The notes under the pieces are model-generated. The model was not told the DNA's origin and made no database searches. It worked only from the letters and a program-made list of their open reading frames with translations. From Phaeosaccion multiseriatum (taxonomy: Eukaryota; Protista; Ochrophyta, other classes): a stretch of 64,000 nucleotides of DNA. Every line of letters begins with the position of its first letter. The stretch's first letter is position 1. Positions 1 to 10,397 of the stretch are shown one piece after another. The position numbers and the translations under genes were made by a program. The stretch covers positions 1,612,001-1,676,000 of the forward strand of contig OZ218962.1 of NCBI GenBank assembly GCA_965112735.1, in the 5' to 3' direction.

Positions 1-3000
1 GAGCAGATCGGAGACCCCACTTGACATCGTTGAGGCAATGCAGTATTTTCACTGGCTCTGTTGTAGTGAGCAAATGCCCAGTGCGGTCCTGTTGTGGCCA
101 GCAAGCGCGTGGTTCAGGCTATGTGTGCCCACCAAGGCCGGCCTTGGGCCCTTTTGAGCCCAACAAAGGGCCATTTGAGCAGATCGGAGACCCCACTTGA
201 CATCGTTGAGGCAATGCAGTATTCTCACTGGCTCTGTTGTAGTGAGCCAATGCCCAGTGCGGTCCTGTTGTGGCCAGCAAGCGCGTGGTTCAGGCTGTGT
301 GTGCCCACCAAGGCCTTGCTTGGGCCCTCTTGAGCCCAACAAAGGGCCATTTGAGCAGATCGGAGACCCCACTTGGCATCGTTGAGGCAATGCAGTATTC
401 TCACTGGCTCTGTTGTAGTGAGCCAATGCCCAGTGCGGTCCTGTTGTGGCCAGCAAGCGCGTGGTTCAGGCTGTGTGTGCCGGCCTTGGGCCCTTTCGAG
501 CCCAACAAAGGGCCATTTGAGCAGATCGGAGACCCCACTTGACATCGTTGAGGCAATGCAGTATTCTCACTGGCTCTGTTGTAGTGAGCCAATGCCCAGT
601 GCGGTCCTGTTGTGGCCAGCAAGCGCGTGGTTCAGGCTGTGTGTGCCCACCAAGGCTTTGCTTGGGCCCTTTTGAGCCCAACAAAGGGCCATTTGAGCCG
701 ATCGGAGACCCCACTTGGCATCGTTGAGGCAATGCAGTATTCTCACTGGCTCTGTTGTAGTGAGCCAATGCCCAGTGCGGTCCTGTTGTGGCCAGCAAGC
801 GCGTGGTTCAGGCTGTGTGTGCCCACCAAGGCCTTGCTTGGGCCCTTTTGAGCCCAACAAAGGGCCATTTGAGCCGATCGGAGACCCCACTTGGCATCGT
901 TGAGGCAATGCAGTATTCTCACTGGCTCTGTTGTAGTGAGCCAATGCCCAGTGCGGTCCTGTTGTGGCCAGCAAGCGCGTGGTTCAGGCTGTGTGTGCCC
1001 ACCAAGGCTTTGCTTGGGCCCTTTTTAGCCCAACAAAGGGCCATTTGAGCCGATCGGAGACCCCACTTGGCATCGTTGAGGCAATGCAGTATTCTCACTG
1101 GCTCTGTTGTAGTGAGCCAATGCCCAGTGCGGTCCTGTTGTGGCCAGCAAGCGCGTGGTTCAGGCTGTGTGTGCGCACCAAGGCCTTGCTTGGGCCCTTT
1201 TGAGCCCAACAAAGGGCCATTTGAGCAGATCGGAGACCCCACTTGGCATCGTTGAGGCAATGCAGTATTTCCACTGGCTCTGTTGTAGTGAGCCAATGCC
1301 CAGTGCGGTCCTGTTGTGGCCAGCAAGCGCGTGGTTCAGGCTGTGTGTGCCCACCAAGGCCTTGCTTGGGCCCTTTTGAGCCCAACAAAGGGCCATTTGA
1401 GCCGATCGGAGACCCCACTTGGCATCGTTGAGGCAATGCAGTATTCTCACTGGCTCTGTTGTAGTGAGCCAATGCCCAGTGCGGTCCTGTTGTGGCCAGC
1501 AAGCGCGTGGTTCAGGCTGTGTGTGCCGGCCTTGGGCCCTTTCGAGCCCAACAAAGGGCCATTTGAGCCGATCGGAGACCCCACTTGACATCGTTGAGGC
1601 AATGCAGTATTCTCACTGGCTCTGTTGTAGTGAGCCAATGCCCAGTGCGGTCCTGTTGTGGCCAGCAAGCGCGTGGTTCAGGCTGTGTGTGCCCACCAAG
1701 GCTTTGCTCGGGCCCTTTTGAGCCCAACAAAGGGCCATTTGAGCCGATCGGAGACCCCACTTGGCATCGTTGAGGCAATGCAGTATTCTCACTGGCTCTG
1801 TTGTAGTGGGCCAATGCCCAGTGCGGTCCTGTTGTGGCCAGCAAGCGCGTGGTTCAGGCTGTGTGTGCCCACCAAGGCCTTGCTTGGGCCCTTTTGAGCC
1901 CAACAAAGGGCCATTTGAGCCGATCGGAGACCCCACTTGGCATCGTTGAGGCAATGCAGTATTCTCACTGGCTCTGTTGTAGTGAGCAAATGCCCAGTGC
2001 GGTCCTGTTGTGGCCAGCAAGCGCGTGGTTCAGGCTGTGTGTGCCGGCCTTGGGCCCTTTCGAGCCCAACAAAGGGCCATTTGAGCCGATCGGAGACCCC
2101 ACTTGACATCGTTGAGGCAATGCAGTATTCTCACTGGCTCTGTTGTAGTGAGCCAATGCCTAGTGCGGTCCTGTTGTGGCCAGCAAGCGCGTGGTTCAGG
2201 CTGTGTGTGCCCACCAAGGCTTTGCTTGGGCCCTTTTGAGCCCAACAAAGGGCCATTTGAGCCGATCGGAGACCCCACTTGGCATCGTTGAGGCAATGCA
2301 GTATTCTCACTGGCTCTGTTGTAGTGAGCCAATGCCCAGTGCGGTCCTGTTGTGGCCAGCAAGCGCGTGGTTCAGGCTGTGTGTGCCCACCAAGGCCTTG
2401 CTTGGGCCCTTTTGAGCCCAACAAAGGGCCATTTGAGCAGATCGGAGACCCCACTTGGCATCGTTGAGGCAATGCAGTATTCTCACTGGCTCTGTTGTAG
2501 TGGGCCAATGCCCAGTGCGGTCCTGTTGTGGCCAGCAAGCGCGTGGTTCAGGCTGTGTGTGCCCACCAAGGCCTTGCTTGGGCCCTTTTTAGCCCAACAA
2601 AGGGCCATTTGAGCCGATCGGAGACCCCACTTGGCATCGTTGAGGCAATGCAGTATTCTCACTGGCTCTGTTGTAGTGGGCCAATGCCCAGTGCGGTCCT
2701 GTTGTGGCCAGCAAGCGCGTGGTTCAGGCTGTGTGTGCCGGCCTTGGGCCCTTTTGAGCCCAACAAAGGGCCATTTGAGCAGATCGGAGACCCCACTTGG
2801 CATCGTTGAGGCAATGCAGTATTCTCACTGGCTCTGTTGTAGTGAGCCAATGCCCAGTGCGGTCCTGTTGTGGCCAGCAAGCGCGTGGTTCAGGCTGTGT
2901 GTGCCCACCAAGGCCTTGCTTGGGCCCTTTTGAGCCCAACAAAGGGCCATTTGAGCAGATCGGAGACCCCACTTGGCATCGTTGAGGCAATGCAGTATTT

Positions 3001-4221
3001 CCACTGGCTCTGTTGTAGTGAGCCAATGCCCAGTGCGGTCCTGTTGTGGCCAGCAAGCGCGTGGTTCAGGCTGTGTGTGCCCACCAAGGCTTTGCTTGGG
3101 CCCTTTTGAGCCCAACAAAGGGCCATTTGAGCCGATCGGAGACCCCACTTGGCATCGTTGAGGCAATGCAGTATTCTCACTGGCTCTGTTGTAGTGAGCC
3201 AATGCCCAGTGCGGTCCTGTTGTGGCCAGCAAGCGCGTGGTTCAGGCTGTGTGTGCCGGCCTTGGGCCCTTTTGAGCCCAACAAAGGGCCATTTGAGCCG
3301 ATCGGAGACCCCACTTGACATCGTCGAGGCAATGCAGTATTCTCACTGGCTCTGTTGTAGTGAGCCAATGCCCAGTGCGGTCCTGTTGTGGCCAGCAAGC
3401 GCGTGGTTCAGGCTGTGTGTGCCCACCAAGGCCGGCCTTGGGCCCTTTTGAGCCCAACAAAGGGCCATTTGAGCCGATCGGAGACCCCACTTGACATCGT
3501 TGAGGCAATGCAGTATTTCCACTGGCTCTGTTGTAGTGAGCCAATGCCCAGTGCGGTCCTGTTGTGGCCAGCAAGCGCGTGGTTCAGGCTGTGTGTGCCG
3601 GCCTTGGGCCCTTTTGAGCCCAACAAAGGGCCATTTGAGCAGATCGGAGACCCCACTTGGCATCGTTGAGGCAATGCAGTATTCTCACTGGCTCTGTTGT
3701 AGTGAGCCAATGCCCAGTGCGGTCCTGTTGTGGCCAGCAAGCGCGTGGTTCAGGCTGTGTGTGCCGGCCTTGGGCCCTTTTGAGCCCAACAAAGGGCCAT
3801 TTGAGCCGATCGGAGACCCCACTTGACATCGTTGAGGCAATGCAGTATTCTCACTGGCTCTGTTGTAGTGAGCCAATGCCCAGTGCGGTCCTGTTGTGGC
3901 CAGCAAGCGCGTGGTTCAGGCTGTGTGTGCCGGCCTTGGGCCCTTTTGAGCCCAACAAAGGGCCATTTGAGCCGATCGGAGACCCCACTTGACATCGTTG
4001 AGGCAATGCAGTATTTCCACTGGCTCTGTTGTAGTGAGCCAATGCCCAGTGCGGTCCTGTTGTGGCCAGCAAGCGCGTGGTTCAGGCTGTGTGTGCCCAC
4101 CAAGGCCGGCCTTGGGCCCTTTTGAGCCCAACAAAGGGCCATTTGAGCCGATCGGAGACCCCACTTGACATCGTTGAGGCAATGCAGTATTTCCACTGGC
4201 TCTGTTGTAGTGAGCCAATGC
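1..4221. repeat. Tandem satellite, left block (~24 monomers of 176/166 bp), runs off the window start
   Basis: Monomer GAGCAGATCGGAGACCCCACTTGACATCGTTGAGG...CCCAACAAAGGGCCATTT repeats head-to-tail. The 166-bp form lacks CACCAAGGCC. Near-identical ORFs recur at 176, 518 and 1046 bp spacings. Confidence 0.98.
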
Positions 4222-4840
4222 TGTTAGAAGTCGTGCTTTTGCTAGACTGGTACCTACCCTCTGAATTCAGACCGGGAGGTACCAGTCTAGCAAAAGCACG
4301 ACTTCTAACAAGGCCATTGCGAGTTCGAATCCTGGCTGTAGCTTGTGAAAAAAGTGTGTTTTTCGGCGAAAACTGGTACCGGCTGGCACCCATTAGTCTG
4401 ATTCCCAGACTGCGAGTTACTTCTCTCCACTATGTGCGGTGGGGGGGGGGGGGGGTTCGACTTCTAGCATTAGGGCTTTGTTAGAAGTCGTGCTTTTGCT
4501 AGACTGGTACCTCCCGATCTGACTGGTACCTCCCGGTCTGAATTCAGAGGGTAGGTACCAGTCTAGCAAAAGCACGACTTCTAACAAGGCCATTGCGAGT
4601 TCGAATCCTGGCTGTAGCTTGTGAAAAAAGTGTGTTTTTCGGCGAAAACTGGTACCGGCTGGCACCCATTAGTCTGATTCCCAGACTGCGAGTTACTTCT
4701 CTCCACTATGTGCGGTGGGGGGGGGGGGGTTCGACTTCTAGCATTAGGGCTTGTTAGAAGTCGTGCTTTTGCTAGACTGGTACCTACCCTCTGAATTCAG
4801 ACCGGGAGGTACCAGTCTAGCAAAAGCACGACTTCTAACA
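4222..4840. repeat. Left terminal array: H(flip)-B>-H(flop,+19 bp)-B>-H(flip)
   Basis: Hairpins at 4222-4310, 4479-4586 and 4752-4840, each with 34-bp arms TGTTAGAAGTCGTGCTTTTGCTAGACTGGTACCT. Spacer B lies at 4311-4478 and 4587-4751; a truncated B follows at 4841-4894. Confidence 0.95.
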
Positions 4841-5651
4841 AGGCCATTGCGAGTTCGAATCCTGGCTGTAGCTTGTGAAAAAAGTGTGTTTTTCCCGCTG
4901 TAAGGCACCGCTCCCGGCAAACTCAAAGCTACCGAGCTGCTGCCTGAGCCTCTTGGCCAAGGTCAGCTGCCTTCGGGATTCTTTGGGGTTGTAAAGAGTC
5001 ACGTTGCTCTCCACCTAGGATAGGAGTAGCCGCATGGACAAGGTAATAGCAACCCCAAAGCCAGCCTGGCAGCCAGCCTTGTCTCTATTAGCTTTATCCG
5101 TGAGCCATCCTAAACGACCAACCTGCTGGGAGGTGAGTGAGAAACGGGCCACGCACCGTTTCTCACCGTATTTGCCTGGGCCTGGGCCATTGACATAATA
5201 CTGACTTTCAACATCCCCGTCAGCCATCCCTGCACTTCTAACATCCCCCTGAACTAAACTATTGCGTGTCCCCACGCAACTCAAAGCGGGTTCGCCTACT
5301 AAAGCTCGACTTGTAGCAAAAGCCTCCATGTTGCTTCCAATAAAAACGGATGAGAAATATGCAAAACTCACCCAGGTGTGTGCGACCGCTCCTCCAACAC
5401 ACACCCTCCTGTATTGGTGAGAAAACCCCACGACTCAAACTCACCCACACAGGCTCACGGATGAGAACATCCCATGACTCAAACTCACCCGCGCAATTCT
5501 CTATCTCCACTCCTACTCGCCACCAGCGTTGCCAAAGCCTCGTTGCGCACCACTAATGCTGACTGCTCAAGTGTTTACTGGTGTGCCTACAAGGCACCCA
5601 GACAGTCCCTAAAGCAGCCTTGCGAGTATCCTTCTCTGTCTCCCGCCAAGC

Positions 5652-6316
5652 TCCGTGCAACAGCAACAGCCGCGCTGCTGCCACACTCGAAAGCCGTGCC
5701 CGCTGTAGGGCACCGCTCTCGGCAATTCTCTATCTCCACGGCCCACCAAGCTCCAGCAGCAATTTCCGTGCAACAGCAACATCCGTGCTGCTGCCACACT
5801 CGAAAGCCATGCCCGCTGACTAAGGCACCACTCCCGGCAATTCTCTATCTCCACGGCCCATCAAGCTCCAGCAGCAATTTCCGTGCAACAGCAACATCCG
5901 TGCTGCTGCCACACTCGAAAGCCGTGCCCGCTGTAAGGCACCGCTCCCGGCAATTCTCTATCTCCACGGCCCACCAAGCTCCAGCAGCAATTTCCGTGTA
6001 ACAGCAACATCCGTGCTGCTGCCACACTCGAAAGCCATGCCCGCTGTAAGGCACCGCTCCCGGCAATTCTCCATCTCCACTGCCCACCAAGCTCCAGCAG
6101 CAATTTCCGTGTAACAGCAACATCCGTGCTGCTGCCACACTCGAAAGCCGTGCCCGCTGTAAGGCACCGCTCCCGGCAATTCTCTATCTCCACGGCCCAC
6201 CAAGCTCCAGCAGCAATTTCCGTGTAACAGCAACATCCGTGCTGCTGCCACACTCGAAAGCCATGCCCGCTGTAAGGCACCGCTCCCGGCAATTCTCCAT
6301 CTCCACTGCCCACCAA
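5652..6316. repeat. 113-bp minisatellite (~6 copies) inside the hairpin element
   Basis: Unit ...CCGTGCAACAGCAACATCCGTGCTGCTGCCACACTCGAAAGCC...GGCAATTCTCTATCTCCAC... repeats every 113 bp. Partial copies occur at ~4895-4920 and ~5492-5510. Confidence 0.93.
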
Positions 6317-6318
6317 CA

Positions 6319-6928
6319 TGTTAGAAGTCGTGCTTTTGCTAGACTGGTACCTACCCTCTGAATTCAGACCGGGAGGGTACCAGTCTAGCAAAAGCACGAC
6401 TTCTAACAAGCCCTAATGCTAGAAGTCGAACCCCCCCCCCCCCACCGCACATAGTGGAGAGAAGTAACTCGCAGTCTGGGAATCAGACTAATGGGTGCCA
6501 GCCGGTACCAGTTTTCGCCGAAAAACACACTTTTTTCACAAGCTACAGCCAGGATTCGAACTCGCAATGGCCTTGTTAGAAGTCGTGCTTTTGCTAGACT
6601 GGTACCTCCCGGTCTGAATTCAGAGGGTAATTCAGAGGGTAGGTACCAGTCTAGCAAAAGCACGACTTCTAACAAGGCCATTGCGAGTTCGAATCCTGGC
6701 TGTAGCTTGTGAAAAAAGTGTGTTTTTCGGCGAAAACTGGTACCGGCTGGCACCCATTAGTCTGATTCCCAGACTGCGAGTTACTTCTCTCCACTATGTG
6801 CGGTGGGGGGGGGGGGGTTCGACTTCTAGCATTAGGGCTTGTTAGAAGTCGTGCTTTTGCTAGACTGGTACCTCCCGGTCTGAATTCAGAGGGTAGGTAC
6901 CAGTCTAGCAAAAGCACGACTTCTAACA
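6319..6928. repeat. Right terminal array forming a ~610-bp near-perfect palindrome: H(flip)-<B-H(flop,+12 bp)-B>-H(flop)
   Basis: Hairpins at 6319-6408, 6574-6674 and 6840-6928. B is reverse-complemented at 6409-6573 and forward at 6675-6839. Confidence 0.95.
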
Positions 6929-6991
6929 ATGCCCAGTGCGGTCCTGTTGTGGCCAGCAAGCGCGTGGTTCAGGCTGTGTGTGCCGGCCTTG
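6929..6991. repeat. 63-bp satellite fragment between two insertions
   Basis: ATGCCCAGTGCGG...GCCGGCCTTG continues the interrupted monomer in register. Confidence 0.95.
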
Positions 6992-9900
6992 CGCTGCTTC
7001 AGCAGCGAAGCCACGGAAGTTCTGTTCTCGCGGAGTGGAGTCGACGGAGAAACAGGGTATTGAGAGCCGAGGAGGGTAGAGCGTGAGCGCGTGTGTGGAC
7101 CCCGAGGGAGCTGGTAGGATAGAATATATTTATGGCAGCAGATGGAAAACAACGGATTGGGATTTTCCGCTGGAGCTCAGAAGAGGAGGAGCCCTGCTGT
7201 ACTCGCCACCCTACCGTGATTGAAGGAGATAGAGGGCAGGTGCGGGAGCGTGTACAAGCAGGGAGGAGAGTAGAGACCGATGGTGTAGGAAAGCAAGGAT
7301 CGCAGTAGGGCCCGACTGCTTCTCTTGTGAGGTTGAAGATGCTGTGTGCTTACTTGTGTCATGCTAACAGTTGCAAACACAAGATGTGCCCCCAATGCTA
7401 ACAGTTGCAAGGGCTTGCGCTACGCACACGCATCTAGTAGAAGTGAGAGACCCTTAGCCTGGTGTAGTATGGAGCTCTCGCCGGGCAAAAGGTTTTTTCT
7501 TTCTTCTCTCGCCGGTGACGGGGCTTCCACGTTAGCTCGTCGCCCTTTCCTCTCCATTAGTTTCGCGGGGTCCGTCCACCCCAGCCTCTCCGTCTCCTCC
7601 CTTCCCCACCCCGCCTGGTTGTGGCGTCGCTGCGACGGTGGCGGGATCTTTTAGGTTGGGGGGTGAAAGATCCTCCCGCCTTGGTCCTGCTGGTGATGAG
7701 AGCCCCGCGTATCGTACTGGACGGAGATGCCGCAGCTGAGAGCCCCACGTATCGACGATCGTATCGGACGGAGATGCAACAGGGCAGGTGGACTCAGGGG
7801 GGGCTTTCAGGGGGGGGGGTATTGTGTGGGCAGCAGCAGCGCGCAGTGGTGTCGCTGCAGCCGGAGGGCACGGGCGCACGGACAGTTGGTGTGTAGTATG
7901 GGAGTGAGTGCCGTGGTGGCGAAAAGATAGCTGGGAGGTGGCATTATTCTCCTCTTCCTCGCCTTTGGAGACGTTTTGCGTGTGGGAGAAGGGCGGCAGC
8001 AGAAGTGAGTGAAAAGGGGCTCTCAGCCAAGCAGCAAGAGCCTCAGGAGCCACGGCGAAGGAGTTCGTGAGTGTGGCAGCGCAGGCCGCATGGATACGGG
8101 GCAGGTGTGCGGGCTATGACAAGGAACCGGTGAGCTCTGCTTTGATGGTGATTGGCGCCTCGAGGTGGCGTGTGAAGCGGCGGTTCCACCTGTGGCCATA
8201 ACAGAAGCCCCGTACAACAGGAGGGGCGCAACGAGCAAGGAAGGCATGGGTCGTTGGCAGACGGCATTGCGAGTACACAGTGGTTTCATCTCGGACGACA
8301 CAGCAACATCTAGGGTGTTCATCTACGTGTTAAGTGTGGGGAAAGGGCACTTCGCTGGGGGGTTGCGGCAGAGATTGGGAATCGACCCAGGTCGCGACTT
8401 ATCTGCAATGGGCGGCGGCGGATTGGCGTTGGGTCGTCCACAACAGCTGTGGAGTGAGTGTTGGGGCCTGCCTGTGCCGCAGACGGCCGGATGAGGGGTT
8501 TTTGGGTGTGTGGGGCCCTTGAGCGGTGCGAACGAAGAAAATGGGCGAGAGAAGGCACTAGCTTTTGCTATGCTTGCGCGACTTACTTGGGGTAGTAGGG
8601 ATGGCATATCCTCGTGCCAGAGTGCCCGGCGGTCGATTCTTTGGGGCAGCAGGGCTTGAGATCTTGGGCTTGTTCGTTTTGCGGGACGACAGCAGCGAGG
8701 TGTTTTGCCCTCGGTGTTTTGTCGACCGGGTCAAGCGGAAGTCCGCAGCGGACGGTTGGGATAGCAGTGGAGGGGTCTCGGCACGGTGTATGCAGAAGGG
8801 CCGCGTCTACGAGTCGATGTTCTAGGAGCTTGGGGCGGAAAACATGTGTGCTCCTGTTGGGGCATTTTCGGTTTTTCTACCGGGGTTGGTTCTATGGGTC
8901 TTTTGGATCTGTGATTCCGAAATGAATTTCAATTTCGATCAATTGGCTAAGCGACCTTTGAACTGCGGCGATGGCGAATCTTTTAGATTGGGGGGTGAAA
9001 GATCCCTCCGTCTTGGTCCGTCATTGGAGCAGGTGATGAAGAGAGCGCCGACTATCGTATTCGGAGGACTCCGCGGGGGCTCCCGGTGATGGAGGAGGGA
9101 GTAGTCAGCTGTGCCGCGTCTCCCTCACTTTCACTGATGGCTCTGCGGGGTGGGAGCACAGCAGATTGGTAGCGACATAGCACGCATCTCCTCCCACTCA
9201 CGGCGGATCGATGAGGCTTCAGCATCGGTCCCAAGCGGCGGTGACTGGCGGCTCCTCCAGTCTTAGGTGGGCCTGGGTCACGGCATTTCAGTATACGCGT
9301 GCAGGAGGCTATGCATGATGGGCTGGGCAGGGCGCGGTAGGATACATGCAGACGCGGCTGCGCCCTGGGGACTTTGGGTGAATGGGGGATGAGCGGCTCC
9401 TCGGAACCGCTGCCCCCAAAGGCCCGTGCTCGCCCCGTCAGGGAAGCGACACCCCGGAGACACTGTGTGCCCCGAGGTGAGTCCCTCTCAGGACTGCACT
9501 CTTAATGAAAAGTTTATCCCCCAACAATGGCGACGACTGGATGAGGAGGAGCGAGGCCTCTCAATGGGTACCCAGTTTTGATTGAGCGCAACGACCGCGA
9601 GAACGCTGCTTCAGCAGCGAAGCCACGGAAGTTCTGTTCTCGCGGAGTGGAGTCGACGGAGAAACAGGGTATTGAGAGCCGAGGAGGGTAGAGCGTGAGC
9701 GCGTGTGTGGACCCCGAGGGAGCTGGTAGGATAGAATATATTTATGGCAGCAGATGGAAAACAACGGATTGGGATTTTCCGCTGGAGCTCAGAAGAGGAG
9801 GAGCCCTGCTGTACTCGCCACCCTACCGTGATTGAAGGAGATAGAGGGCAGGTGCGGGAGCGTGTACAAGCAGGGAGGAGAGTAGAGACCGATGGTGTAG

Positions 9901-10397
9901 GAAAGCAAGGATCGCAGTAGGGCCCGACTGCTTCTCTTGTGAGGTTGAAGATGCTGTGTGCTTACTTGTGTCATGCTAACAGTTGCAAACACAAGATGTG
10001 CCCCCAATGCTAACAGTTGCAAGGGCTTGCGCTACGCACACGCATCTAGTAGAAGTGAGAGACCCTTAGCCTGGTGTAGTATGGAGCTCTCGCCGGGCAA
10101 AAGGTTTTTTCTTTCTCCACCCACCCACCCATCTAGATTAGTTTAGTACATAGTAGTTAGATACTCAGTAGTTAAGGGGGGGATGAGCGGCTCCTCGGAA
10201 CCGCTGCCCCCAAAGGCCCGTGCTCGCCCCGTCAGGGAAGCGACACCCCGGAGACACTGTGTGCCCCGAGGTGAGTCCCTCTCAGGACTGCACTCTTAAT
10301 GAAAAGTTTATCCCCCAACAATGGCGACGACTGGATGAGGAGGAGCGAAGCCTCTCAATGGGTACCCAGTTTTGATTGAGCGCAACGACCGCGAGAA
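6992..10397 (+). mobile_element. Non-autonomous split-direct-repeat retroelement (Ngaro/PAT/TOC1-like architecture, tyrosine-recombinase class), no TSD
   Basis: A1 6992-7504 matches A2 9604-10116 (513 bp). B1 9384-9603 matches B2 10178-10397 (220 bp, one mismatch seen). Order is A1-internal-B1-A2-spacer-B2. The satellite rejoins exactly (CCTTG|GGCCC) with no duplication. No RT, RNaseH or recombinase ORF recognised. Confidence 0.85.

Larger units (their letters stand above)
4222..6928. mobile_element. Non-autonomous foldback-like element with TGTTA..TAACA termini (Ginger-type end signature) and 4-bp TSD ATGC
   Basis: Interrupts a monomer at ...GAGCCAATGC|TGTTAG...CTAACA|ATGCCCAG; ATGC lies at 4218-4221 and 6929-6932. 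Outer 89-bp units (4222-4310, 6840-6928) are reverse complements. No transposase ORF recognised. Confidence 0.85.

Noticed and set aside
1-176. Hammerhead ribozyme in the satellite monomer
   Set aside because: No CTGANGA...GAAA core found on either strand by eye; other ribozyme classes need an Infernal scan.
4222-4310. Synthetic adapter or vector (EcoRI and KpnI sites in a hairpin)
   Set aside because: Such sites are expected in palindromes; the TSD and copy-specific indels argue for a biological insertion.
4311-4345. tRNA gene at GAGTTCGAATCC
   Set aside because: The T-stem does not pair, and no cloverleaf or A-box could be built.
4470-4475. TTAGGG next to the hairpins as telomeric repeat
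   Set aside because: A single hexamer per module with no tandem array.
4222-6928. CRISPR array or tandem TRIM/LTR reading of the H-B arrays
   Set aside because: Spacers are identical rather than unique and no cas genes are present. H centres and B are inverted in some copies, and no TGG-type PBS or adjacent PPT is visible.
7505-9383. Short internal ORFs as gag/pol remnants (e.g. 8165-8494, 8565-8825)
   Set aside because: No recognisable RT, RNaseH, recombinase or zinc-knuckle motif.
6992-10116. Ordinary LTR retrotransposon with 513-bp LTRs
   Set aside because: No TG..CA ends and no TSD, and the insertion extends 281 bp beyond A2 with a second repeat pair.
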